NCBI GenBank assembly: GCA_040397175.1
Contig: JBBAWM010000002.1
Span: forward strand, 128,001-192,000
Source of the DNA: Candidatus Limnocylindrus sp.
GTDB taxonomy: Bacteria > Chloroflexota > Limnocylindria > Limnocylindrales > Limnocylindraceae
Reading direction: 5' to 3'
DNA length: 64,000 nucleotides
The notes under the pieces were generated by a model, which did not search any database, was not told the origin of the DNA, and was given only the letters and a program-made list of their open reading frames with translations. Shown piece after piece: positions 20,155 through 28,654 of the stretch. Position 1 is the stretch's first letter, and the number at the start of each line of letters is the position of its first letter. Both the position numbers and the translations under genes were made by a program.

Positions 20155-21507
20155 TTATCCCTGGTCGTACGGTCGACCAGCCGACGCCGGAGCACGCACG
20201 CGACCGATGAGCCCGGCGACCACAATGATTGTCACGACATATGGCATCGAGAGCAGGATCTGCGGTGGCAGAGAAACGCCGAGGCCCGACAAGAGAGTCG
20301 TAGCGGCGGTGGTCATACCGAAGATCAGCGACGCGCCGAATGCGTAGATTGGGTTCCACGCACCGAAGATCACCGCAGCGAGCGCGATGAAGCCCTTACC
20401 TGCGCTCGTGTTCACGCCGAAACCACCAGTGCCGCTCAAGGAGATGAAGCTGCCGGCAAAGCCTGCAAGAAGACCAGCGATGAGCATGGCGCGATAGCGA
20501 AGCTTCACCACGTCAATGCCGACCGTGCCTGCAGCGTTTGGCTGCTCACCAGCGGCACGGAGGCGTAGGCCCCAACGTGTTCGATAAATCATATAGGTGA
20601 AGAAGAGTACGAGGCCAACGGAGAGGTAGAAGTATGGGCTCAGCGAGAAGAGGATCGGTCCCAAGATCGGAATCTCAGAAAGGACTGGAATCTTAATTGG
20701 ACTAATGCCGATCGGACGATTGAACTCACTATGTGGCTGCAGCACGCGCAGGTAGGCGAACGTTGTCACGCCAACGGCGCCGATGTTGATGACGGTACCA
20801 GCAATGATCTGGTCCACCTTGTAGCGAATGCCGAGCCAGGCGAGGAAGAGGCTCACCCCGGCCCCGAAGATTGCGCCCGCGAGCGGGCCTGCTATCGCGA
20901 TGCCCGTGATGCTGGACGCAATCGAGCCAATCATTGCGCCGAAGAGGAGCTTCCCTTCAATGGCAATGTTCAGGAATCCGCTGCGCTCTGCCACGATACC
21001 CGCGAGTGCGCCGATGCCAACCGGGATGGCGTAGCTCAGCGTGCTGGTGAAGAAGACGGTGAGGTTTGCCGTGGTCCCATCAAGCAGTCGCGCGAGTAGC
21101 GCGAATACCAGGATGGGCGATATGAGACCGATGGCGAGGCGCCACTTGAACGAAGCACCGCGCACGAGCTGCAGCCCAGCCATAGCGCCGAAGCCCGCCG
21201 TAGCGGCAGCCCAGAGAAGAACGACAGGGATACTGAACGAGATTTCTGTTCCACCGACCTTGTCGGCCCAGAACGCGAACTTCCCTTCAACCCCTGCTGA
21301 GCCCGAGGTAATCGCGAGGGAGAGCAACGTGAAGAAGGCAAATAGGCCAGCGCGCACACGTGATGCAATGAGTTGCTGATGTGCATCTGCGCCCTCACCC
21401 GCCAAAGATGTGCCGGAACGCTTCGTGGTTGCCGCTAGGGCAGCCTTTGATCGCGATGGTGCCGCAGGCTTCTTCTTAGCGCTCACGTTGCCTCCTCGGG
21501 TACTCAC
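20155..21507 (-). CDS. Nucleoside/CUT2 ABC transporter permease
   Basis: ERSGFLNIAIEG, TRWGLRLRAAGE, GKGFIALAA, RAPASAGRPY. Confidence 0.9.
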   Translation of the reverse strand: MSTRGGNVSAKKKPAAPSRSKAALAATTKRSGTSLAGEGADAHQQLIASRVRAGLFAFFTLLSLAITSGSAGVEGKFAFWADKVGGTEISFSIPVVLLWAAATAGFGAMAGLQLVRGASFKWRLAIGLISPILVFALLARLLDGTTANLTVFFTSTLSYAIPVGIGALAGIVAERSGFLNIAIEGKLLFGAMIGSIASSITGIAIAGPLAGAIFGAGVSLFLAWLGIRYKVDQIIAGTVINIGAVGVTTFAYLRVLQPHSEFNRPIGISPIKIPVLSEIPILGPILFSLSPYFYLSVGLVLFFTYMIYRTRWGLRLRAAGEQPNAAGTVGIDVVKLRYRAMLIAGLLAGFAGSFISLSGTGGFGVNTSAGKGFIALAAVIFGAWNPIYAFGASLIFGMTTAATTLLSGLGVSLPPQILLSMPYVVTIIVVAGLIGRVRAPASAGRPYDQG

Positions 21508-22700
21508 TTCGACACCGCACGAGGGCGTCGGCGGAATGGGTTCTTTAGGATGCCCAACGTTAGCTCTGGCGCCGCAATGAACGCGATGACGAGCGCCTGA
21601 ATGAAGAGAAGCATCTCGATCGGGATGCCCGTCTGCACCTGCATCAGGCTGCCACCGTGCTGCAGGAGTCCGAAGACCAGCGCTGTCGCTACCACTCCGC
21701 TCGGGCGAGTCCCCCCGACTAGGGCGATGGCAATAGCGGTGAAGCCGACGCTGCCCGCGATTCCTGGCGAGAGCTGCTTCACCGTGCCAACCGCAACGAT
21801 TGCGCCGCCAAGGCCGGATATGGCGCCCGAGATAAGCATGGCGGTAATGATGGAGGTGGCTGCCCCCATGCCTGCGTACTTGGCGGCAGCGATATTGAGG
21901 CCGGCAGCACGCAGCTCAAACCCGCGCGTCGAGCGGAAGAGGAACCAGCTCACGGCCACTGCCGTGAGGAGCGCGACGATGATGCCGATGTCGAGGCGAA
22001 GGCTTGCGATCGGCAAGATGCCTGGCAGGTCAACGAATTGGCTGAGCTCCTTTGATACCGGCTGAATGCGCGGCGGCTTCTGGATGAACTCGAAGTTGGA
22101 GACGAGGAAGAAGACGAACTGCCCCGCAATAAAGTTGAGCATGATCGTTGTGATCACTTCGCTCGCACCTACACGCGCCTTCAGGAATCCAGGAAGGAAC
22201 GCCCATGCGGCACCGCCGATGAGTCCAAAGAGCATCACCAAGAAGATGGCCACGGGGGCGGGGGTTACGCCGCCACCAAATACGAGTGCCGCTAGGGTGC
22301 CGCCAACGGCACCCATGGTGAACTGACCAGCGCCACCAATGTTAAAGATGCCAGTGCGGAACGCGACAGAGACGCCAAGTCCTACGAAGATCAGCGGCAC
22401 TGATGCAACGACACTCTCAACGAGAGGGCGAAGGGCGCGCGCCCAGATCAAAATGTCGCCATTCGATTCAAGCGCTTTTTGGATCGTGGCTGGGTCGCCA
22501 AACGCCCCACGGAAGAGTGCGCTATAGGCGACTGCCGCCCGGCCAATGCCGAGGCTCAGGGCGCCAATTGGGTCAGAGAGCAACTTACCGAGCACCTCAA
22601 GGTCGGTGAAGACGATGAAGAGCGCGCCAACGAGGAGCGCGACGGAGATTGAGAGTGCGGGGACTCGCACCTTTACGCCGAAGTTCTTCAGGGCGTTCAC
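21504..22700 (-). CDS. Nucleoside/CUT2 ABC transporter permease
   Basis: FNIGGAGQ, SEVITTIMLNF, GFELRAAG, AAKYAG. Confidence 0.9.
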   Translation of the reverse strand: MNALKNFGVKVRVPALSISVALLVGALFIVFTDLEVLGKLLSDPIGALSLGIGRAAVAYSALFRGAFGDPATIQKALESNGDILIWARALRPLVESVVASVPLIFVGLGVSVAFRTGIFNIGGAGQFTMGAVGGTLAALVFGGGVTPAPVAIFLVMLFGLIGGAAWAFLPGFLKARVGASEVITTIMLNFIAGQFVFFLVSNFEFIQKPPRIQPVSKELSQFVDLPGILPIASLRLDIGIIVALLTAVAVSWFLFRSTRGFELRAAGLNIAAAKYAGMGAATSIITAMLISGAISGLGGAIVAVGTVKQLSPGIAGSVGFTAIAIALVGGTRPSGVVATALVFGLLQHGGSLMQVQTGIPIEMLLFIQALVIAFIAAPELTLGILKNPFRRRPRAVSK

Positions 22701-24205
22701 TTGGTAATACCTCCCATGAGAAGTCCGACTCGTTCGCGTGTTGCCTGCTTGGCATCAAGAATTCCCACGATTCGACCCTCATACATCACGGCAACACGGT
22801 CGCCCAGTGCCAGCACTTCGTCGAGCTCGGTGCTCACAATGAGAACCGCAGCACCGGCATCTCGCTGCTCAACGATTCGGCGATGGATGTACTCGATGGA
22901 TCCAACGTCTAGCCCGCGCGTCGGCTGTGCAGCAATGACTAGACGCACATTTCGACTGAATTCTCGCGCAACGATCACCTTCTGCTGATTGCCGCCTGAG
23001 AGAGATCCGATATCGGTGTTAATGGATGGGGTGCGCACGTCAAAGTCTTTCACCGCCTGCTCTGTTGCCGCGGCGATCGCCTTTCGGTTCAAGAGTCCGT
23101 TCTTGCTGTATTGCGGAAGGTGGTAGGTATTTAAGATGTAGTTCTCTGCCACTGTCATGCCCTTAATCATGCCGTCACGGTTGCGATCCTCGGGAATGTG
23201 CGCGACTCCTGCCATGGCGATCTCACGTGGCGAACCTGCATGAAGCGGCTTCTTCTCGAGGGCGACGGTTCCCGAGTCAACAAGTCGCAGCCCAGTCAGG
23301 GCCTCAACCAGTTCGGTCTGACCGTTCCCCTGCACCCCTGCAACTGCCAGAATCTCGCCACTGCGCACTTCAAACGATACGTCGTTCACGGCACGCCCAC
23401 CCGCGTCGTTCAAGACATTCAGGCCCTTGACCTGCAAAATTGGTTCGGCAACGTGAGACTTTGAGCGACTGACGGTGAGCTGGACCTCGCGCCCCACCAT
23501 CATCTCGGCGAGCTTTGAGGCGGTCGCCTTCTTCGGAGTCGTTTCACCTGCAACAGCGCCGCGGCGCAGTACGGTGATCTTGTCGGCAACGGCGATGACC
23601 TCGTTCAGTTTGTGGGTGATGAAGATGACCGAGGTGCCGCCTTTGGCGAGCCCACGAATGATCTGGAAGAGTTCTTCCGTCTCCTGGGGGGTCAGCACAG
23701 CCGATGGCTCATCGAGGACAAGGATGTCGCTCTTGCGATAGAGCGCCTTGAGGATCTCAACGCGTTGGCGCACACCCACCGGGAGTGATTCGATCTTCGC
23801 ATCTGGATCTACATGGAGGCCGTGCTTTTTTGAGAGCTCAACGACCTGCGCGCGCGCAGTGGCTCGATCAAAGATGCCGAGTGGACCCTTCGTTGGCTCG
23901 TTACCGAGGACAACCGACTCAGTGACGTCGAAGACCGGGACGAGCATGAAGTGCTGATGCACCATGCCGATGCCGGCATCGATGGCTTGGGCAGGATCGC
24001 GGAAGATGCGCTCCTTGCCATCAATAAGAATCTTTCCGGAGTCAGGGCGATAGAGGCCCGAGAGGATGTTCATGAGCGTGGTCTTCCCTGCGCCATTCTC
24101 ACCGAGAAGGCCGAGAACCTGCCCCTTGTCAACAGAGATGGAGATTCGGTCGTTAGCGAGAACGCCAGGGAACTGCTTCGTAATCTTCTGCAGTTCAAGC
24201 CTCAT
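22697..24205 (-). CDS. Nucleoside ABC transporter ATPase (tandem NBD)
   Basis: GENGAGKT, GMVHQHF, LDEP, LSGGNQQK, QPTRGLDVG. Confidence 0.93.
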   Translation of the reverse strand: MRLELQKITKQFPGVLANDRISISVDKGQVLGLLGENGAGKTTLMNILSGLYRPDSGKILIDGKERIFRDPAQAIDAGIGMVHQHFMLVPVFDVTESVVLGNEPTKGPLGIFDRATARAQVVELSKKHGLHVDPDAKIESLPVGVRQRVEILKALYRKSDILVLDEPSAVLTPQETEELFQIIRGLAKGGTSVIFITHKLNEVIAVADKITVLRRGAVAGETTPKKATASKLAEMMVGREVQLTVSRSKSHVAEPILQVKGLNVLNDAGGRAVNDVSFEVRSGEILAVAGVQGNGQTELVEALTGLRLVDSGTVALEKKPLHAGSPREIAMAGVAHIPEDRNRDGMIKGMTVAENYILNTYHLPQYSKNGLLNRKAIAAATEQAVKDFDVRTPSINTDIGSLSGGNQQKVIVAREFSRNVRLVIAAQPTRGLDVGSIEYIHRRIVEQRDAGAAVLIVSTELDEVLALGDRVAVMYEGRIVGILDAKQATRERVGLLMGGITK

Positions 24206-24252
24206 ACGACGCTAGCCCCCCCTACTCTGCCGCTGTATTGCCAGAGATACTC

Positions 24253-24284
24253 CTCCGCCCGGATGCCGAAGCACCCGGGCGGAG
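24253..24284 (-). other. Stable RNA hairpin with C(UUCG)G tetraloop after the binding-protein gene
   Basis: Minus strand CTCCGCCCGGGTGC-TTCG-GCATCCGGGCGGAG gives a 14-bp stem with one G-U pair and no U-tract. Confidence 0.75.
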
Positions 24285-24320
24285 AGCGACTACTTCATCG
24301 CCGAAGCGATGGAGAAGTAC

Positions 24321-25427
24321 TTACTTCTTTGCCCATTCAAGGACAACAACCGAGCCGTCTTCGATCGCAGCCATAAGGGCCTTGACCTCTGCCTTGAGCT
24401 CAGCGGTTACGAGCGTGCCGAAGGTTGCAGTCCATGCAGCTTCTGTGCGGTCAAGGGTGGCGATCTGAACGCCACCGTTCTTGAGCGTGCCAACGTAGTT
24501 GGTACCGCCCATCTTGCCTGAGTAGTTGTCGTTCACTGCCGTGATCACTGCAGCACCGATATTCTTCTGTGCCGAGGTCAGGAGTGTTCCACAGAACTCA
24601 GGAAGGCTGACGCACTGGTCGAGGTCCACACCGACCGAGTACTTGCCCGCATCCATCATAGCCTGGTAGGTGCCGTTGCCCGTGGTGCCCGCAACTGCGT
24701 GCACAACGTCAGCGTTCTGGCCCATGAAGGCCTCTGCGGTCGTCTTACCAAAGTCCACGTCGTTGAACGGCGAGGTGCTTGGGTTGAACGTACCGGTCTT
24801 TGCAACTGGATCCCAGCCCAAGACGGACGTAGCAACGCCCTTCTTGTCGGCGTAGTACTTGGCGCCGGCGACCCAGCCATCCATGAACTTGGTTACGCCT
24901 GGGTATGGGGCTCCACCGTAGGTGGCGATGACGTGGGTCTTCGAAATGCCAGCTGCCAAGTAGGCGGCGAGCATCGAAGCCTCGTCGATCTGGAAGTCGA
25001 TACCGGTAAAGTTCGCCGGAACCGTTCCATCCGCAAGTGTGTAGGTTGCGTCTACCCAGCCGAATGCAATCGCTGCATTCTCTGGAGCAGCGACGGCAGC
25101 CTGCAGGGCGGTGCCCTGGTTGTAGCCAACGGCAATCACGGTGTTGCAGCCCTGGTCGATCAACTGCTGAATGTTTGGCGCGTAGGACGCGTCATCAACA
25201 GCGGTCGTGTAAGCCGTCTTGAACCCTTCAGCCTCGAGTGCCTGAAGGCCCTCGTATGCCGACTGGTTGAAGTTCTTGTCGGCAGGTCCGCCCGTGTCCA
25301 ACGATAGGCATGCCTTCCAGTTCGCCTTCCCGGCATCGACGGAAGCTGACGGCGAAGCCGTCGGGCCACCGCACGCTGCGGCGAGAAGAGCGAGAACGGT
25401 GAGGAGCGCGAACATTCGCGTCTTCAT
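24321..25427 (-). CDS. BMP family nucleoside-binding lipoprotein
   Basis: Lipobox LAAAC, DKNFNQSAYEG, ADVVHAVAG, GVDLDQ, LTSAQK. Start at ATG 25427 after GGAGGG. Confidence 0.9.
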   Translation of the reverse strand: MKTRMFALLTVLALLAAACGGPTASPSASVDAGKANWKACLSLDTGGPADKNFNQSAYEGLQALEAEGFKTAYTTAVDDASYAPNIQQLIDQGCNTVIAVGYNQGTALQAAVAAPENAAIAFGWVDATYTLADGTVPANFTGIDFQIDEASMLAAYLAAGISKTHVIATYGGAPYPGVTKFMDGWVAGAKYYADKKGVATSVLGWDPVAKTGTFNPSTSPFNDVDFGKTTAEAFMGQNADVVHAVAGTTGNGTYQAMMDAGKYSVGVDLDQCVSLPEFCGTLLTSAQKNIGAAVITAVNDNYSGKMGGTNYVGTLKNGGVQIATLDRTEAAWTATFGTLVTAELKAEVKALMAAIEDGSVVVLEWAKK

Positions 25428-25532
25428 ATGTATGTAGCCCTCCGCTATTTCCTTTTGCTCAGACGCCCACGGCGACGAGCGGGTCAGCCATTTGGTGACC
25501 GTGGCGGCATTGTGCCTCATAACGACGCCGCC

Positions 25533-25563
25533 CGCGCATCAATTGCAAATTAATTGGTGCGCG
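25533..25563. promoter_or_regulatory. AT-rich inverted repeat, candidate operator for the nucleoside uptake operon
   Basis: CGCGCATCAATT-N7-AATTGGTGCGCG (11/12 match) upstream of the BMP gene. Confidence 0.5.
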
Positions 25564-25606
25564 CTGGGGCACAAATGTAACAAACACACCTGGCAGCGTG
25601 GCTCTG

Positions 25607-26653
25607 TTACAGGCCCCGCCGCACACACCACGATTCGAACGCGTCTTGGAGGCGGGCCCTGGTTCCCTGGTCGACGAAGGCAACCTCGTAGCCGGTTCGC
25701 GCCAGGGCGAGGAGGTCTGCGACCGGAAGCCCAAGGCGACGATGCACGTGGAGGTACTCCTCGGAGAGCGTGACATCGCTCACCATCAGGTCATCGGTAT
25801 TCAAGGTGACCGGCACCCCGCGTTGCCGCAGCTCCGCGAGCGGAAAGTCGCCATAGCCAGGCACGATGGCGGCCTGGGTGTTGCTGGTGGGGCAGAGGTC
25901 GAGGGAGACGTTGCGGGCTGCGAGCTCGGCGCACAGTGCTGGGTCGTCAACCGCGACACCGCCGTGCGCAATGCGCGCGGGCTGCACCTCGAGCGCGCGA
26001 CGCACTTGAGCGGCACCGCCCCACTCCCCCGCGTGGAGCGTGATCGCGAGTCCGCCAGCGCGCGCAATATCGAACGCCTCTTTGAAGGTGAGCGGGTCAG
26101 GGAATGCCGCCTCGCGGCCGGCCAGGTCGAAGGCCACGACCCCAACGTCTTGGGCGGCGACCGCTGCGGTTGCGAGGCCGCAATTCTCTTCACGCGAGTG
26201 TGAGCGAAGGGCGGTAACGATCAAGCGCACCTCAATGCCCGTCGCCGCAGCTGCACGCCGCGCCCCGGCCGCGACGGCGGCGATCACCTGCGACTGCGTC
26301 AGTCCCTTCGCGGTGTGGAGGTGTGGCCCCCAACGCATCTCAAGATAGGCCACGTTCTCCGCCGCCTTGGCGCGCACCAGGTGCTCGGCCGCGCGATCGA
26401 GCGCCTCGGCATCTTGCAGGAGGGCGACGGGTAGATCGAACGCACGAAGGAGATCGGCCTGATCCGCGCAACGCTCCGGGGCGACGAGAGCGGCGCGCAT
26501 TCCAGCCCAATCCCGCGGGGCGTCCACATTGCGCGTGGCGGCGAGTTCGAGTGCGAGGGCAGGATCGAGTGAACCATCAAGATGTAGATGGAGCTCCGGC
26601 TTCGGCATCTCGAAGAAGAGGCGGCGATCATCTTCGGCTCGCTGGAATTCCAT
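25607..26653 (-). CDS. add: Adenosine deaminase
   Basis: PKPELHLHLDGS, DLAG, HAGE, RIAHG, CPTSN, NTDD. Start at ATG 26653 after GGAGGGGAG. Confidence 0.92.
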   Translation of the reverse strand: MEFQRAEDDRRLFFEMPKPELHLHLDGSLDPALALELAATRNVDAPRDWAGMRAALVAPERCADQADLLRAFDLPVALLQDAEALDRAAEHLVRAKAAENVAYLEMRWGPHLHTAKGLTQSQVIAAVAAGARRAAAATGIEVRLIVTALRSHSREENCGLATAAVAAQDVGVVAFDLAGREAAFPDPLTFKEAFDIARAGGLAITLHAGEWGGAAQVRRALEVQPARIAHGGVAVDDPALCAELAARNVSLDLCPTSNTQAAIVPGYGDFPLAELRQRGVPVTLNTDDLMVSDVTLSEEYLHVHRRLGLPVADLLALARTGYEVAFVDQGTRARLQDAFESWCVRRGL

Positions 26654-26732
26654 CGCTCCCCTCCCTTCACGCTGTCTCACAGGCCGCGCACCGGCGTGCG
26701 CATCTTTGCGAGAGAGAGGATACTCCCACGGT

Positions 26733-27668
26733 ATGACCTCATCGCTGCCCGTTGCTACCGATTCAGGTGCGCTCGGTGCGTGGCTTCGCGACGCCACCCC
26801 CGTGGATCGCATTGGAATTGAAGAGCGTGTGGCCACGCTCAAGACGCGCTCCATCAAGAAGTCGTCCAAGGTGTGGGCGCTGCGCCTGGCGCTCAGCATG
26901 TGCGACCTCACCACCCTGGAGGGGAAGGACACGCCCGGAAAGATCCGCCAACTCGCAACAAAGGCGATGCGGCCGCTGCCAGGCGACGCTTCGATGCCCT
27001 CGGTCGCAGCGCTCTGCTGCTACCCCGACCTCGTCGGCGTGGCGAAAGAGGCGCTCAAGGGGAGCAGCGTCAAGGTTGCAGCGGTGGCCACCGCATTCCC
27101 GAGCGGTCGTTCATGGATCGATCTAAAGATTGCCGAGACGAAGTACGCCGTTGCCGCCGGTGCCGATGAGATCGACATGGTGATTGACCGTGGCGCCTTC
27201 CTCGCCGGCGATTTCGCCAAGGTATGGGATGAGATCGTCGCCGTGAAAGAGGCCTGTGGCCCTGCACATTTGAAAGTGATTCTGGAGACGGGTGAGCTCG
27301 GCACCTATGACGACGTGCGGCGCGCCTCAGCGTTGGCAATTGCCGCCGGCGGCGACTTCATCAAGACCTCGACCGGCAAGGTCACCCCAGCGGCGACCCT
27401 CCCGGTCACCCTCGTCATGCTCGAGACGATCCGCGAGCATTGGAATCGCACCGGCAAGGTCGTTGGTATGAAGCCCGCCGGCGGCATTCGCACCGCCAAA
27501 GAGGCGATCCAATATCTCGTTGTCGTTCATGAGACGCTCGGTCCCGACTGGCTCACCCCTGACCGCTTCCGCTTCGGCGCATCGAGCCTGGTAAACGACC
27601 TACTGATGCAGCTGGAGAAAGAGGCGACTGGCGCCTACGCGGATCCGGACGACTTTACGCTCGATTAA
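26733..27668 (+). CDS. deoC: Deoxyribose-phosphate aldolase (long form)
   Basis: DLTTLEG, GADEIDMV, LKVILETGEL, FIKTSTGK, KPAGGIR, RFGASSL. Confidence 0.95.
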   Translation: MTSSLPVATDSGALGAWLRDATPVDRIGIEERVATLKTRSIKKSSKVWALRLALSMCDLTTLEGKDTPGKIRQLATKAMRPLPGDASMPSVAALCCYPDLVGVAKEALKGSSVKVAAVATAFPSGRSWIDLKIAETKYAVAAGADEIDMVIDRGAFLAGDFAKVWDEIVAVKEACGPAHLKVILETGELGTYDDVRRASALAIAAGGDFIKTSTGKVTPAATLPVTLVMLETIREHWNRTGKVVGMKPAGGIRTAKEAIQYLVVVHETLGPDWLTPDRFRFGASSLVNDLLMQLEKEATGAYADPDDFTLD

Positions 27669-27710
27669 GGCCTAGGTCGAGCGGCGCCTTGCGGGCGCAG
27701 GTGGCTTCGA

Positions 27711-28652
27711 TTACGAACCGATCGGATGCCAGACGGTCTTCATCTCGAGGAAGGCGGTAATACCGTCGATGCGCTCACCGCGCTCTCCATCAAATGCGTC
27801 GGCGCGATCTTTCACCCCATGCGGGCGTCGGGCGACGCGTGCCACATGCTCGGCGGCTCCCTGCTCCGCCTCAACCAGGAGCTCGTCGGGGCAGCCCCAT
27901 AGGTCATAGCCATCGATATCGGCGTGGCGCACCAGGTGCGGCAAGAGTTCTGCGCGACGCGCGGTGATGATGTTGACCACGCCCGCTGGGGCGTCGCTCA
28001 CGGCGAGCGTTTCGGCCAGGGTCACAGCGGGGAGCGGCGCCGATTCACTTGCCAAGACAATCGCCACATTGCCGCCCGCCAGGATGCCACCCAGTCGCGA
28101 GACGAGGCCAAGGAGTGGCGAGGCTTCGGGTGCGATAGCGGCGATGACGCCCGTCGGCTCCGGCAGGGTGAAGACAAAGTGTGATGAGGCGACGGGATTG
28201 GTGCCGCCCAGTACCGCAGAGAGCTTGTCGGGCCAGCCGGCATACCAGACCATGCGATCGATGGCGGCCGAAACCTCGGCGGCGGCGTCGGACTTCGACG
28301 CCCCATGGTTGATCAGGTCGTCGCGGAATTGCGCCGCGCGCCCTTCCATCAGTTCCGCAACGCGATAGAGAATCTGCCCGCGCACCATGGCGGTACGGGC
28401 GGCCCATGGTTCGGCAGCGATGCGCGCAACACGAACCGCCTCGCGTAGATCTTTGCGCGAGCCGCCGGCAATGTTGGCGACGCCGCCCTTCGCGAGCTGC
28501 ACTTCGCGGCTGCGGCCAGATTCACTGCGCGGGAATGCGCCGCCGATGTAGAGCTTCGCGGTGCGCCGAACCTCAAGACGTTCGGCGCCATCTGAAGGCT
28601 CAATCGTCAGCGGGAGGTTGAGCTTCTCGGTGCGCTTCGACTTTTTTCCCAT
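27711..28652 (-). CDS. ALDH-like half protein without a catalytic domain (ALDH16 C-terminal-like)
   Basis: KLYIGGAFPRSESGR, EPTGV, GVVNII, FLEMKTVWHP. No ELGGK and no catalytic Cys motif. Confidence 0.8.
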   Translation of the reverse strand: MGKKSKRTEKLNLPLTIEPSDGAERLEVRRTAKLYIGGAFPRSESGRSREVQLAKGGVANIAGGSRKDLREAVRVARIAAEPWAARTAMVRGQILYRVAELMEGRAAQFRDDLINHGASKSDAAAEVSAAIDRMVWYAGWPDKLSAVLGGTNPVASSHFVFTLPEPTGVIAAIAPEASPLLGLVSRLGGILAGGNVAIVLASESAPLPAVTLAETLAVSDAPAGVVNIITARRAELLPHLVRHADIDGYDLWGCPDELLVEAEQGAAEHVARVARRPHGVKDRADAFDGERGERIDGITAFLEMKTVWHPIGS

Positions 28653-28654
28653 GA

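Noticed and set aside
27684-27700. Intrinsic terminator between deoC and the half-ALDH (similar hairpin near 42520-42535)
   Set aside because: Only a 5-bp GC stem with no U-tract on either strand; too weak to call.
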